NCBI GenBank assembly: GCA_965645245.1
Contig: OZ287072.1
Location: 2,294,001 to 2,358,000, forward strand
Reading direction: 5' to 3'
Length of the DNA stretch: 64,000 bases
Origin: Massalongia carnosa
Lineage: Eukaryota
Below are positions 23,392-34,944 of this stretch, in pieces. The position numbers were made by a program, and so were the translations under genes. The notes below the pieces were generated by a model. The model was not told the DNA's origin. It made no database searches and was given only the letters and a program-made list of their open reading frames with translations. How positions within the stretch are numbered: the first letter of the stretch is position 1; each line of letters starts with the position of its first letter.

Positions 23392-26286
23392 TCAGACATT
23401 CTCAACCGATACACCTACGCAGTAGTGGTAATCCTTCCAAAACGACGAACCACAAGCCTGCCCATCATCCAGCACACGGTTCCAAGCGTACAGTTGTCCC
23501 AGCGTGATCTTATTCCGGTCGGCGAAGCGCTGCGAGATATGGATTAGTCATGATATCGTACCGATCCGAGAAGCAGCACTCACCACGCAGAAATCTCCTT
23601 CGATGGCTTGGTCGAACCGGTTGCAATTCGACACAGCATTATTCGGCTGATTCGGCGTGGGGATGATCATCCGAGTCGGAGTGGGAGCTGGCGTTGCCGC
23701 AATGCGGGTGACGGTGACGGTATCAGCTGTGCCCACGCAGTACGCATAGCCCTTCCAGAAGTTGGTGCCACAGTCTTGCGATACCGCGGGATTCCATGCA
23801 AGGAACTGGGCATGCGTGATGAAGAACGTATTCTCCATGCTGGAACAGTCATCGCCGTCTTGGATGATGTACCATTTGATGCAGTTGACTGGCTGCCCGG
23901 AGAGCGTTGGCGCCGACGGACCCGGTACCGTCCTGGTCGTTGACGAGAGCGACGTGACCGGTGGGCCGCTGGTGCGTGAGGTGTACGAAATGGACAAGGC
24001 TGGATCAGAGTAGCCGGGTCCCCGGATGCAGTACGCATAGCCTGGTTGTACCGGATGAGAAAGGGTGGATGAATTGACCGACACGCAACTCACCAGGCCA
24101 CAGGTTTCCACAGTTGGATCCGACGATCGGATGATACGAGAAGAATTGGGCTATGGTCAAGCCGTAGTAAGAGAGCACATCTGTACTTGTCACGGAGTGA
24201 GCAGGCGCATCATCACCAGTCAGTGTGAACCCACCAGGACCAGTCATCCGGAACGTCGCCGAATTGGGTGCAGTTGGGTGATGCTCCCTCCTAAAGCGAG
24301 GAGCTGCGTTAGTAGCTAATACCGACAAACATAACTCATGCCACCACTCACTCGGACAGGCAGCTCGATCAGTGGAACCTGCGCGGGCGCTGGTCGCTCC
24401 CCAAAGTACAGCTTGCCGCAGTATTGCAGGCCCGTCTTGAAGGAGCAGCTGGTGAGCATCACATTTCCCACGCTGGGATTCCAGAGTCCGAAATCGTCCA
24501 AGTCAACGTCATTCAATGCGGCGGCGAACTGGCACTGACTTTGCCAATTCGTCCGGGAGATGTCAGTTTGAAAGACAGCGCCATCAAAATAGCTGCTACA
24601 GTCGTCACGTGTCCCGGTGGCTAGAGGGAGCCCGATTGGCGTCGGAGTCGTGGATGGCGATACAGATATCGGCGTGACTGGCAGTTTGGTGAATGGCACG
24701 TTTATGGTGGGCCCCGGGGTGTGGTATCCCGGTCGACCAGAGTATGTGTTGACTACGAAGCATCAGCGGGGTTCTCCCCCGGAGAATATTTTTGCATCTT
24801 CAACTTACTATCACCCACTGCTTGGACGCAATAGCTCCTGTCGGCATACAGGTTGGTGCAGTTTTCGTTGACGGCAGAGTTCAGGAAGACAAAGTCCTGC
24901 AAAGACAGACCGTATTTGATCGTCAACAGATTACAGTAGTCACCTGCAATCGCCTGATACCATTTTCCGCAATAGGTGTTGGCCCCTTGGGCGGCATCGG
25001 TCGGGACCGGTGTTGCCGTGGAAGCGGTACTGGGCGCTAGGGTGGGAGGAACCGTAGGCATAACATACGGGACGCCTGGGCCCGAAATGCAGATGTAGGT
25101 CCCGTTCATCTTCTCGAGATTGTAGCATCCGGCATTGATAGCCTAAGTCTGAATCAGTCTCACATCTCGCGTCGTCAAATCGTGAAACTAACCGGATTCC
25201 ACGCTTTGAGCTGCGGAACAGTGATATTGGCTACTTTCGCAATGCCTTGACACGTCTGGTTGGGTCCCACCTCGTACACTTGACACGTATTGACCATGCA
25301 TAGAGTTCCACTTGTTGGAAAGCGAGCGCAGTAGGCGGCGAGATTGTTGTCCAAAAGTAGCCAGGCCGTCCCGATGCCTTGAGCCTTCGAGATGCTATAA
25401 CAATTATCTGATGCTTTGATGGAATAGGTCTTGCCCGCGCACGACGTCGCGGTGGGTTCGGCCGCCGCGGGCGGTCTATCCGTCGTTAGTCTCATTCCCA
25501 TAACGCGAGCTTTCCAAGCAACCTACGTGGAGAATCCCAGGGTGGAAATGGTTAGCGGATAGCCGGTGACTCCGCAGCTCAAGGTCTTTGATTGGTAGAT
25601 CGACTGGCTTCTCAGCTCGGGTCCGTCGTAGTACGGTGATGCGGCTTGCATGCGGAGACTCTTGATCGAGCACAAGTCGCATGGACCTGATGATTTCGTA
25701 GAATTCTCGGCGCTGCTGTCCCAACCGACCGGACTCACTGTCGTCGGGTTAACCACGCGCTTTCCTATTCCTCGCATTCATGCGTGCTGGGAGTATTCCA
25801 TCATTTGGAGAACGAAGGGGACCTACATCCTGGATCCGCGCTGACCGCTGCCGCTGCGGCCACGGCATTGCACCATCGTCCTGAGTCTTGCAGGCAGGTC
25901 AAGTCGTATTGGTACCGGAGGAGATTGGGAATGATGGCGAGGGTCATATCGTTTCCGTCGTCATATCCAGCCCAGGTCTGGCCACTGCATGCGGCATTGA
26001 TTCCGCTTTCATACGAGGTCAACGCTGTCGTACATACTGTGGTGCAGGTTTTCTCGAGGGTCGACGGCGGGTAATAGTAGCCATTCTGGAAGGCCGGAAC
26101 GATGGCACTGCACCCCGTCACATCCGTGAGCAACGCGTTGGAGCACGCCGTCGTCACATTGACAGGAACTGTGTTATTTGTAAAGAACTGCGCAGCCGAC
26201 GCGAGATGAAGCCACACGACGGACAGCACGACCACGGGCGGTGGTGCACGGCAAGGCATCACGAGTGTCAAGGCACCGAAACCCAT
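23392..26286 (-). CDS. Secreted Cys-rich multi-LysM protein (about 6-7 LysM domains, many introns)
   Basis: Hydrophobic leader (VVVLSVVWLHLASA), Cys-rich N-terminal domain, LysM units such as YSIKASDNCYSIS, YEVGPNQTC...QLKAWNP, WYQAIAGDYC...FVFLNS, WYIIQDGDDC...FLAWNP, ITLGQLYAWN; GT-AG introns connect the ORF-track pieces; stop at 23392-23394. Confidence 0.9.
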
Positions 26287-26866
26287 GGATGCTCCGGGCG
26301 AGCTGTGGAAGACATGGTGGAGGTCATATCACTACCTCGCATCTTGGGAGGGATGAAGTGATTGGGGATGGGGGAGGGGCTGCTTTCTCCGCACCATATC
26401 CCTCATGATAATCAGTGAAGTGAGTCAGTCCATTGTGGCTGATCATTCACGCCGCGCTTCTTCTATCTCTAGTCAACGATCCTGTTGGTTCTTCCTGGCA
26501 TGAACATGAGGCAGTCAGCCAAGTGCCTTCATTCAACCCGACCTTTCCCCACCTTCTCCAGGTCGTCAGCCCGGAAGTCTGGCGTTTCATTTGGTGCAAC
26601 TTGGATCGTTCTTCATGCGGGTCTCACGCGGGCTTGCATCGTACACACATTCTGCACAGTCAGGCGTACCGAGTACCGACAACGAGTTCAGCGGTATGCA
26701 CCTGCACGAAGCACGTTTGACGGTGACAAGCAGAGGAACATCTCGATGCACGACGCACGGGCGACGTGACTGGATGCGATCAAGAATCAAGAATCAGAAA
26801 GCAGGAAGCGAGAAGCGATAAGGGATGACAAAGCCTGTGCCGGATGCATGAGATGATCTCCGTAAT

Positions 26867-26937
26867 CGTGCCAAAACACTAACTAAACCCCAACCGAGTC
26901 AGGGTCTAACTCGGTTGGGGTTTAGTGTTTTGGCACG
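26867..26937. repeat. 71-bp near-perfect inverted repeat in the LysM/chitinase divergent intergenic region
   Basis: cgtgccaaaacact[aact]aaaccccaaccgagt-cagggtcta-actcggttggggtttagtgttttggcacg: 29 paired bases, a 4-nt bulge and a 9-nt loop. Confidence 0.95.
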
Positions 26938-27592
26938 TCGTTGGCTGACTCAGCGCTAATGTCTGATTTGATACGTGCGTTCTGATCTGTACGCGGAGGC
27001 CTCGGCATCACTGAGAACCGCCGCACGGGATCGAGTAATTCACAACGATCATCGTTCACTGTACAGAGCAGGAGCACAAGAATCGACCTCGACCTCGACC
27101 CGACGAACGCATATCATCGCGGCGTGTCGGAGTCGACAATCCAGTGGAACATGACAACGAGATACAATATGGACATCATCCTTGTTGTGCGTCGGGCGCT
27201 GAGGAGTCGTTGGGATCGCACATCGTCGATGGACTGACGAATCGATGAACGATGCATGCGAAGATGCTGACTCTGCGGACAGCCTGGGCATCTGCCATTG
27301 GAGAGGCCATATCGTAGGGCCAGCAAGGTAGTCCCGTTGCTGCCAAGAAAGTGGATTGCCTTCGCCATGCATCAGCATCCTTCATACTCATCACGCCCGG
27401 ATTAGATCCCACATCGATCACGGATACATAGACCGATGTAGATCTCTTCATCAACGGAGATGAGACCCTCGAAGCGACGACAGTCTTTCGAAGAGCCTTG
27501 CTCGCCGTGAGTTCCTTTCCCTCGTTCGTCACTCCAAAGTTGTGTCGGTTTCACGTGGCGAGATACACGACGGTCGCTCTGGTGGGACCATC

Positions 27593-30500
27593 ATGGGTGC
27601 CACATATGCACTGGTCCTTAGTGGGATCTGGCTTCTCTCCTTCTGGGACCGTGGTGATGCTCGCCCGCACACGGACTCACATGAGCAGTGGCAAAATCCC
27701 GCAGTCGCGCGAGAACATGTCGACAGCATGATCTGTCGAAATCCCGTGTCGTACGTGCGATCCGCGCGATGATCGCTGAGGCGTCACGCTCCCTGTTCGT
27801 TCGATGGATTGACTGGATGGCTGATGGTCCATGACAGTCCCTTCGATTATTCAGCCAAGCGCCGGCGGGACGAAGATGCTCCCGTCTGTGAGGCACAAAG
27901 GCATGTTCCGGCGCTCAGGGAACGCCAGAGCCAGACGGACGATGATTTCTCGTGCTCCGAGGCAAAGCCATGCCGCAACGGAGCGTGCTGCTCCAAGAAG
28001 ACCGGCTATTGTAATTACGGACCGGAAGCATGCGGCACCAACGGCCAAAGCCCCAACAATGTATGCTGGTCCAATTGCGATGCACATGCCGAATGTGGCA
28101 AATACGCCCAACCCCCGGGGCAGAAATGCCCCCTCAACGTGTGCTGCTCGCCATTTGGGTCAGTATTGGAGGAAGGCATTTTCCCGCCAGTCGAGGCGCT
28201 GACGAAAACAGATTTTGTGGAATGACCGCTGAGTTCTGTGGCAAAGGCACGAAAAACAAGCCGGGATGCCAAAGCAATTGTGACCAGCCAGGTTCGGGAG
28301 CATCGGGCGGAAACGTCCAAAACCGTGTCATTGGGTATTACGAGGCCTGGGCCCACGACCGGAAATGCCAGGGCATGGTGAGTCGGGACTGACATGGAGT
28401 CATAAAAGGAAAAGTCTAACGGCGACGAGGACTTTAACAGCATTCCTGCGGGCGCGTTGACCCATCTCTACTTCTCCTTTGGGTACATTTCTCCCGGCGC
28501 GTTCGAAGTCGTTCCTATGGACGATCTCAATGAAGATCTCTTCACCAAGTTCACGAATGTGAAGCGAAGGAACTCGGGCCTCAAAACCTGTGTGGCTCTC
28601 GGAGGCTGGACGTTTAATGATAACGGTACGTTACGCGGGAAGAACGCTACGCGACCGATGGAAGGGCTGACTTCTTGCCTCGGATAGGAACCGCAACGCA
28701 ACCCGTCTTCAGCGATATGGTGAGCTCCAAGGCCAACCGAGCGACCTTTATCAAGAACCTGTTCAGCTTCCTACGGCAGTATGCATTCGATGGGGTGGAT
28801 TTTGACTGGGTACGTGAACCATCCGTGTGCAACGCGGTGATGCCGGGCTGAGAACGAATAGGAATATCCGGGAGCCTCCGACCGCGGCGGTCATCCGGAC
28901 GACGGCAAGAATTTCGTCACATTCCTGAAAGAACTCGACGATGAAAACAACAAGCAACCCATGAGATATGTCGTCTCGTTCACGGTCCCCACTAGCTTCT
29001 GGTACCTCCGGCATTTCGATCTCACCGCCGTCGAGCATGTGGATTTTATTAACGTCATGAGCTATGATCTGCACGGAGTATGGGACTCGACGAATCCTAT
29101 TGGGAGCCACGTGTACGCCCACACCAACGTTTCCGAGATCCAATTGGCCATGGACCTCTTCTGGCGCAACCATGTACCGCCCGCGAAGCTCAACCTGGGG
29201 CTGGGCTTCTACGGTCGAAGTTTTCAACTCTCCGATCCCTCATGTCATGCGCCGGGCTGCAATTTCAAGGGCGGTGCTGCTCCGGGTGGCTGTAGCGCCA
29301 ATTCGGGCACTCTCACTTACCGGGAGATCCAGCAGATCATCAAATCCCACCAGCTCCGGCCCTACCACGACCAAGCGGCCGCGGTCAAGTACATCACCTG
29401 GAATCAAGATCAATGGGTCTCGTTCGATGATCACGATACATTCCGGGCCAAGATCGATTTCGCGAACCATCTGGGTCTAGGAGGACTGCTCATCTGGGCG
29501 GTCGACCAGGACACCGATGATCTGGAAGCGATGAAGGCCGTGTTGGCTCCCAAAACTATCTCCGCGTTTGCCAAGGATGCCGACGACCGATCCTACTGGG
29601 ACGACGCCACGGTCCCCGATTGTTATGTCACCGACTGCGGCGGCGCATGCAAAGCGGGCTTCTTCAAGATTGAGAACCAGCCGTGCGGAGGTGCCAAACC
29701 CGTCACCCGACACTCGGACCAAAAAGATAGTCTGCTGTGCTGTCCCCTCGCCGGCGCACCCGATCCCAAAGACTGCACCTGGCGCGGTGATGCCTGGTTG
29801 TGCAACGGCCATTGCCACGACGATGAGGTCACGATGCAACTGAACCGATGGGGCGACGGGAAGTATTGCGAAGACGGCAACAAAGCGTACTGCTGCCAGT
29901 CCCCTAAGGGGAAGGAGAACAAATGCTACTGGGCCGGTGTGGGCGCCCGCTGCCATGGGGATGATACGACCATGGTCAGTGGAGTTGTGAATCCCCTGCA
30001 TCCTCCAAAGCGCTCGGTCACCATCTCCATCCGTCGTGTGATCGTCCATGTTGCTCGTCTGCTGATCAATGCTAGACTTTCTCCGGTACCTTTGTTTCCA
30101 CCGTGGCGGATATCGCGAGGATCGTTGAACTGATCGGGGCTGCCTTGGCCGATTTTCTTGACGTTGCAGACATGGAACTCCAAAAGCGCTACTGCTGCCC
30201 TAAGAAAGACGCCCAACGGTGGACAGGCTGCAAGTGGTACGGCGAGCCCGGATCCTGCTTCGACGACCATTGCCCAACCACGGGACATTCGGTGCAGCTC
30301 ACCGACAGCCCTTATGGGCTTGGTCAATCGTGCTTCCCTCGGCTAGAACGTACTAGGGTCTACTGCTGCGATCCCACTGGCGGCAAGTCGCCATTCTTGC
30401 CAGTGCCGCTGGAGCGACTCTTCCCGCAACCACCTCAAGGAGACAATGTCGATAACGACTACGAGTTAAATGTCGATGATACGTTCGGGTCCGGTAAGGT

Positions 30501-33372
30501 AAAGACGGCCGAAAAGCCGAGCGATGCGTCTTTTCAATTTGTGGTGCTCTCATCTCCGGAAGAACTACAAATTTCACTCGACAAGCGTGACGGCTCGCAT
30601 TGGGAAGTCTTCAACTGCCAGGATGGAGAGAGCGAGGATGAGCATACGGTCCAGATGGTTTGCACGGATGTCTCGGACGATAGCAATTGCTACAAGATTG
30701 GCCTCGGACATGGGGTTCCGGGCACCATCCTTCAGATGCCCTCCGGTTGCGGTCCAGGAAAGTATGCGGTGGCCAAGTCCATGACGCCTTCGGGACTCGA
30801 CGTCCCCGCACATCTACGCAAGCGGCTGATCAACCCCGTTGTATACGACTTGACCTTCGACTACGATTTCACCCGCGTTCGACGAGACCTTGGCGACACG
30901 CAAATGCGTATTGATTTTAGCAACAGAGAACATTACTGGGATAATGTTGTTGCCGCTGCGGCGTCCGGAAAGAGAGGGAGCAAGAGATCGCTGGGGGATG
31001 TCGGTGGCAATCATAAGCGATGGCTGGAAGCGGAGTGGCGGGATGACTACCACTTTGGCGCCGTCACCCCCGATGAGCTCCACAAGCGATGGTTCGGTAC
31101 CGACGTGATTGATTGGCTCAACGGCTTGATCAACCCAAAGATCACCAAGGAATTCACCCATGACATCAACGAGATTTTTACCGCCAAGATTGTCGATGAT
31201 TCGTGGAGCTGCGGAAGCGGCGAGGCGAAATTCGACGGTCATGTCTTGGTACAAGCGTTGACGCATGTCCGGGTGTCGACCAGCTTTGGCTTTACGCTCA
31301 TCACCAAGCTTAGCCTCCCGCTCGATCTGAGTCAATCGTACCTGACGTTCAGCAACGGCGGCGAAGTCACCGCAACCTTCACTTTGGAAGCTCTTGCCCG
31401 GGTAAGGTATGATACTGGCGACAGGGAAATCTTGACCTTACCCTTCCCAGGAGCAGCCTTCCGGGTTCCGGGGATCGTCACCATCGGTCCCAGTGTTCGA
31501 GTCGTGGGCAGCTTCGACGCCAGCTTGACCCTCTCTGCCGAAATCGAGACTAAAATCGATATTGCCTCGTGGGAAGTCGAGCTGACTCTGCCCGCTGCCT
31601 CGCAGGCATTCAACCCAGATGAGAACGATCTCGTCGACACCAGAAATACCGGCAACATGAACGGCTTGCAGCAGCCCACGTTCTATGCGGCGGTCAAGGC
31701 CGAGGGCAAAGTCGAAGCCCATCTGAAAGCGGCCATGGAATTTGGCGTTCGGTTCGAAGATCGATGGAAGGTCGGAGCTGCCGCCGCTGCGGTTGTTGCA
31801 GACGGCTATATTCGCTTCAAGGTCGGGGCCGGCGTCAGCACCACGGGCTCCTGTCCCTGGACCTACGGTATGGATCTCGGGGTCGCGCTTTATGCGCAAG
31901 CGGAGGCCCCGCCGGCTTTGGGATGGGGTACGAAGAAGTGGAACCTGCCTGGATCGGGAGAAATTCCTTTAATCAAGGGGGGTGCGTGTCCACAGTTGGC
32001 GCAGGGATCTCGCGAGCGCCGATCTATTTCCGCTGGAGGAGGCACGTTCGACTTCGACGAAAACGAGCTAGGTGCTACCTTGATCCGTTATGGCGGGAGA
32101 CGCAATTCGTCTCTTCACCAACTTGGGAAGCGCGCGGCTGTATACGGGCCGCCTTTCAAAATTCCACTTCAGAACCTTTTCTGCCCCGACCCCAACAGTG
32201 ATTCTTCTAGCGATTCTACCAAATGCGAGGCGATCCATGGAGGATGGGACGACAACCCGTTGTCTAAACGCGATCTCGGTCGGTTGTTGCCGGATGTCCA
32301 CACTCTCGACAAGCGTGACAGAGATAGAAAGCCACCGAAGGCGTTTTGCTCCGGTTCAGGCGTCATGAACATGAAGGCTCCGATCCATGATACCGCGAGT
32401 TCGCTGCTCAATGTCAGTACATTCTTTCTCCTTTTGACTAGCATGCGCTGACTGTTTTAGGTTGTGCACAATGCTTTTACGTATGGCTATACTAACCGAC
32501 AAAACTGCAACGATTTTGGATTCGGGCCGCTCCAACCCGCTGGTCAAGGCGGCACCAACCGCTATGCCACCGAGCATATCCTCGAGTTCCAACTCGTTGG
32601 TATCTTCTTCGACGAAATCAAGAATCAAGTCCAATGTCCAGACCCCACGCCAGGCGCAGGACTTGGCCGCATCGTGAATCTCTGCGGATGCATGAAACCG
32701 CTGTGGTACCAGCTCAACGCGGCCACACGCCCGACGATGAATGTCAACGGCCAACAGGTGTCGATGGATCCGGTGGATTGGGTTGGTAGCGTTTTCCCTG
32801 GCAGCGACAATCAATGGGCGAACGAATTCGTACTCCTCGAAAACGACGTAAACGGTGCGAAACAGGGTATGTGGGGTACCGGCGCCATCAGAAACGCAGA
32901 AACGATGCGTCAGTACTTGTTGCAAGATCCGAACACTGCAATCAAGAACCTCAAAGACACTATCACTGCTATCCGATACCACTCCGACCCGACCATCTCG
33001 GCGCGTCTCGTCCTGCAAAAGGATCGCGTCGGGGCAATGCTTCAACAGATGGACACCCAGGTCGTGCCCGGAATTGTCAAAACCGACCGCTCCGGGACCC
33101 GGTTCGGGCCATGGCAGCCGCAAGGCTTGCAGCAGCGCTGGAACGCGTGGATGAGGGGGAGAGCGACATATGCACTCAACAAGGCGGTTGTACATGTCGA
33201 TACTTGGTTGCCGCAGCTGGAGCAAGCGTATGCGACGCCGGCGCTGAACGATGTTGCGAATCGAGGGGGTAACGACCCCGAGGCTGTAACTGCGAGGGCC
33301 AGGATTTTGAGGATTACCACATTGAGAAATCAATGGACGAATAATCGACCGGTGTGGAACAATCCGTTCTAG
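27593..33372 (+). CDS. GH18 subgroup C (killer-toxin-like) chitinase polyprotein with CBM18/hevein domains and a long C-terminal extension
   Basis: Signal peptide MGATYALVLSGIWLLSFW; chitin-binding motifs CRNGACCSKKTGYC and CPLNVCCSPFG|FCG; GH18 motifs IGYYEAW, ALGGW, catalytic FDGVDFDW|EYP (across an intron), VMSYDLHG, GGLLIWAVDQD; Cys-rich repeats; beta-rich region (KRDGSHW, ELHKRWFG); final exon 32461-33372. Confidence 0.93.
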
Positions 33373-33637
33373 CGTGACTTTATTGGAAAAACACCAGCGT
33401 TTGAAATAACTTTACTCTTCGTTAATGAAGTAATCTCGCTTTGTACTAAAAAAACGTTGATGCATGAATACGTCAAACGTTAATTCTCATCATTAACGCA
33501 AAAACGACTAGCTATCCTAACAACGATAAATTATTAACTGCAAATATATAACATGTTACGTTAAACATATCGTTTTAAATATGTCTTGTAAAAGTTAATT
33601 GATTTTTACACTTGTTTGTAAAATGATAACTATACTA

Positions 33638-33677
33638 ATAGGTGTTCATTGTGCTGGTAGGAATTGGATATTCAACA
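33638..33677. repeat. 40-bp terminal fragment of the Copia LTR seen at 62788-63059
   Basis: ataggtgttcattgtgctggtaggaattggatattcaaca matches 63020-63059. Confidence 0.85.
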
Positions 33678-33790
33678 ATTCGGGATCGATTCTTTGATTT
33701 GTCGGGTCGGATTTATTCTTCAGCCCGACCTGTCGACGGATAAGACTCAATTAGTTTAAACCCGACTCGTTGTACCACGTCAGAGTAGGC

Positions 33791-34127
33791 TGTCAGGGGA
33801 GGGCTGGAGAGATACAAGACTCTATCTTGCAGAACGGATATCTAGATATGCTAAAACTAGAAGTTGAGAATAATACACAAGACGTCCGATGAAGAGCTCT
33901 AAACACCTGGAAAACCACATAGACTTTATAGCCATGGCTTCAACTCTCCTATTCTCGACTTACACCATCTCTGTTTAACTAATTTCCTTAACATGATTGC
34001 TTTGACCTATCCCGCCTTTATCTGTGCTGAAGCACTCTCAGTCATAAGCCTGGATTCACAGCAGTGGGCCCTGTTAAATACTAACCCGATCAGGACAAGA
34101 TGGAGGGTGCGAAGCGATTCCGTGACA
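33791..34127. mobile_element. Solo LTR
   Basis: TGTCA...TGACA with TSD TAGGC. Confidence 0.93.
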
Positions 34128-34944
34128 TAGGCGGACTTGCACTTTTACTGTATATAATAAAACAAATGCTATTATAAATCGTGAGAACATGTCAAGAAAC
34201 GCGTTAAAGATATCACAAAGTCCTGATCGTTATCGATTAAGTTATACATTTTATCGTCTTAAGTTGTCACGGAATCGCTTCGCACCCTCCCGCTTGTCCT
34301 GATCGGGTTAGTATTTAACAGGGCCCATTGCTGTGAAACCAGGCTTATGACTGAGAGTGCTTCAGCACAGATAAAGGCGGGATAGGTCAAAGCAATCATG
34401 TTAAGGAAATTAGTATAGGAACAGAGATGGGGCAAGTCGAGAATAGGAGAGTTGAGAGCCATGGCTATCCCTCTCGCTGTCATTCTAGCACCCCCCTCCC
34501 AAGCTAATCTATATTGGACTAGCTTCCGCACCGATGAGTCATCAGAACATTAGTTTTCTCTAGAGTGTTTGCGCGTTTGTTTACTTTTCAAAGAATACTA
34601 TTCGGTCATTCAATCAAAATAAATCACATAAATTACTATTCTTCTAGCTTCGGAATTGATATTATAAGTATGACGCTCAATGAAGAAGAAATCCCGAGTG
34701 TATCAGACAAATCTCCCATTTCAGCGAAGCAACATAAAATAAATCGCAAAAGAAGTGTTCGGGATATTTTAATCGACCTTCCCCCTATTTCCTCAAAATA
34801 TACCCCCATTCGGGTTGAAAACAGGCCTTTTGTTCCGCTCGTTGAAAACGATTCTCGAAATCCTTTGGGATTATTTCGGTTATTTATAACAAGGCAGCAT
34901 TGTCGTATCATCGCAAATCATACCAATATCAAGGCAAATAACTA

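Noticed and set aside
21483..33333. Many overlapping short ORFs, including 32356-33333 on the minus strand
   Set aside because: Expected shadow ORFs in GC-rich coding DNA; no motifs.
33680..33770. Clustered CCCGAC motifs suggesting a DNA transposon end
   Set aside because: No partner terminus or TSD found.
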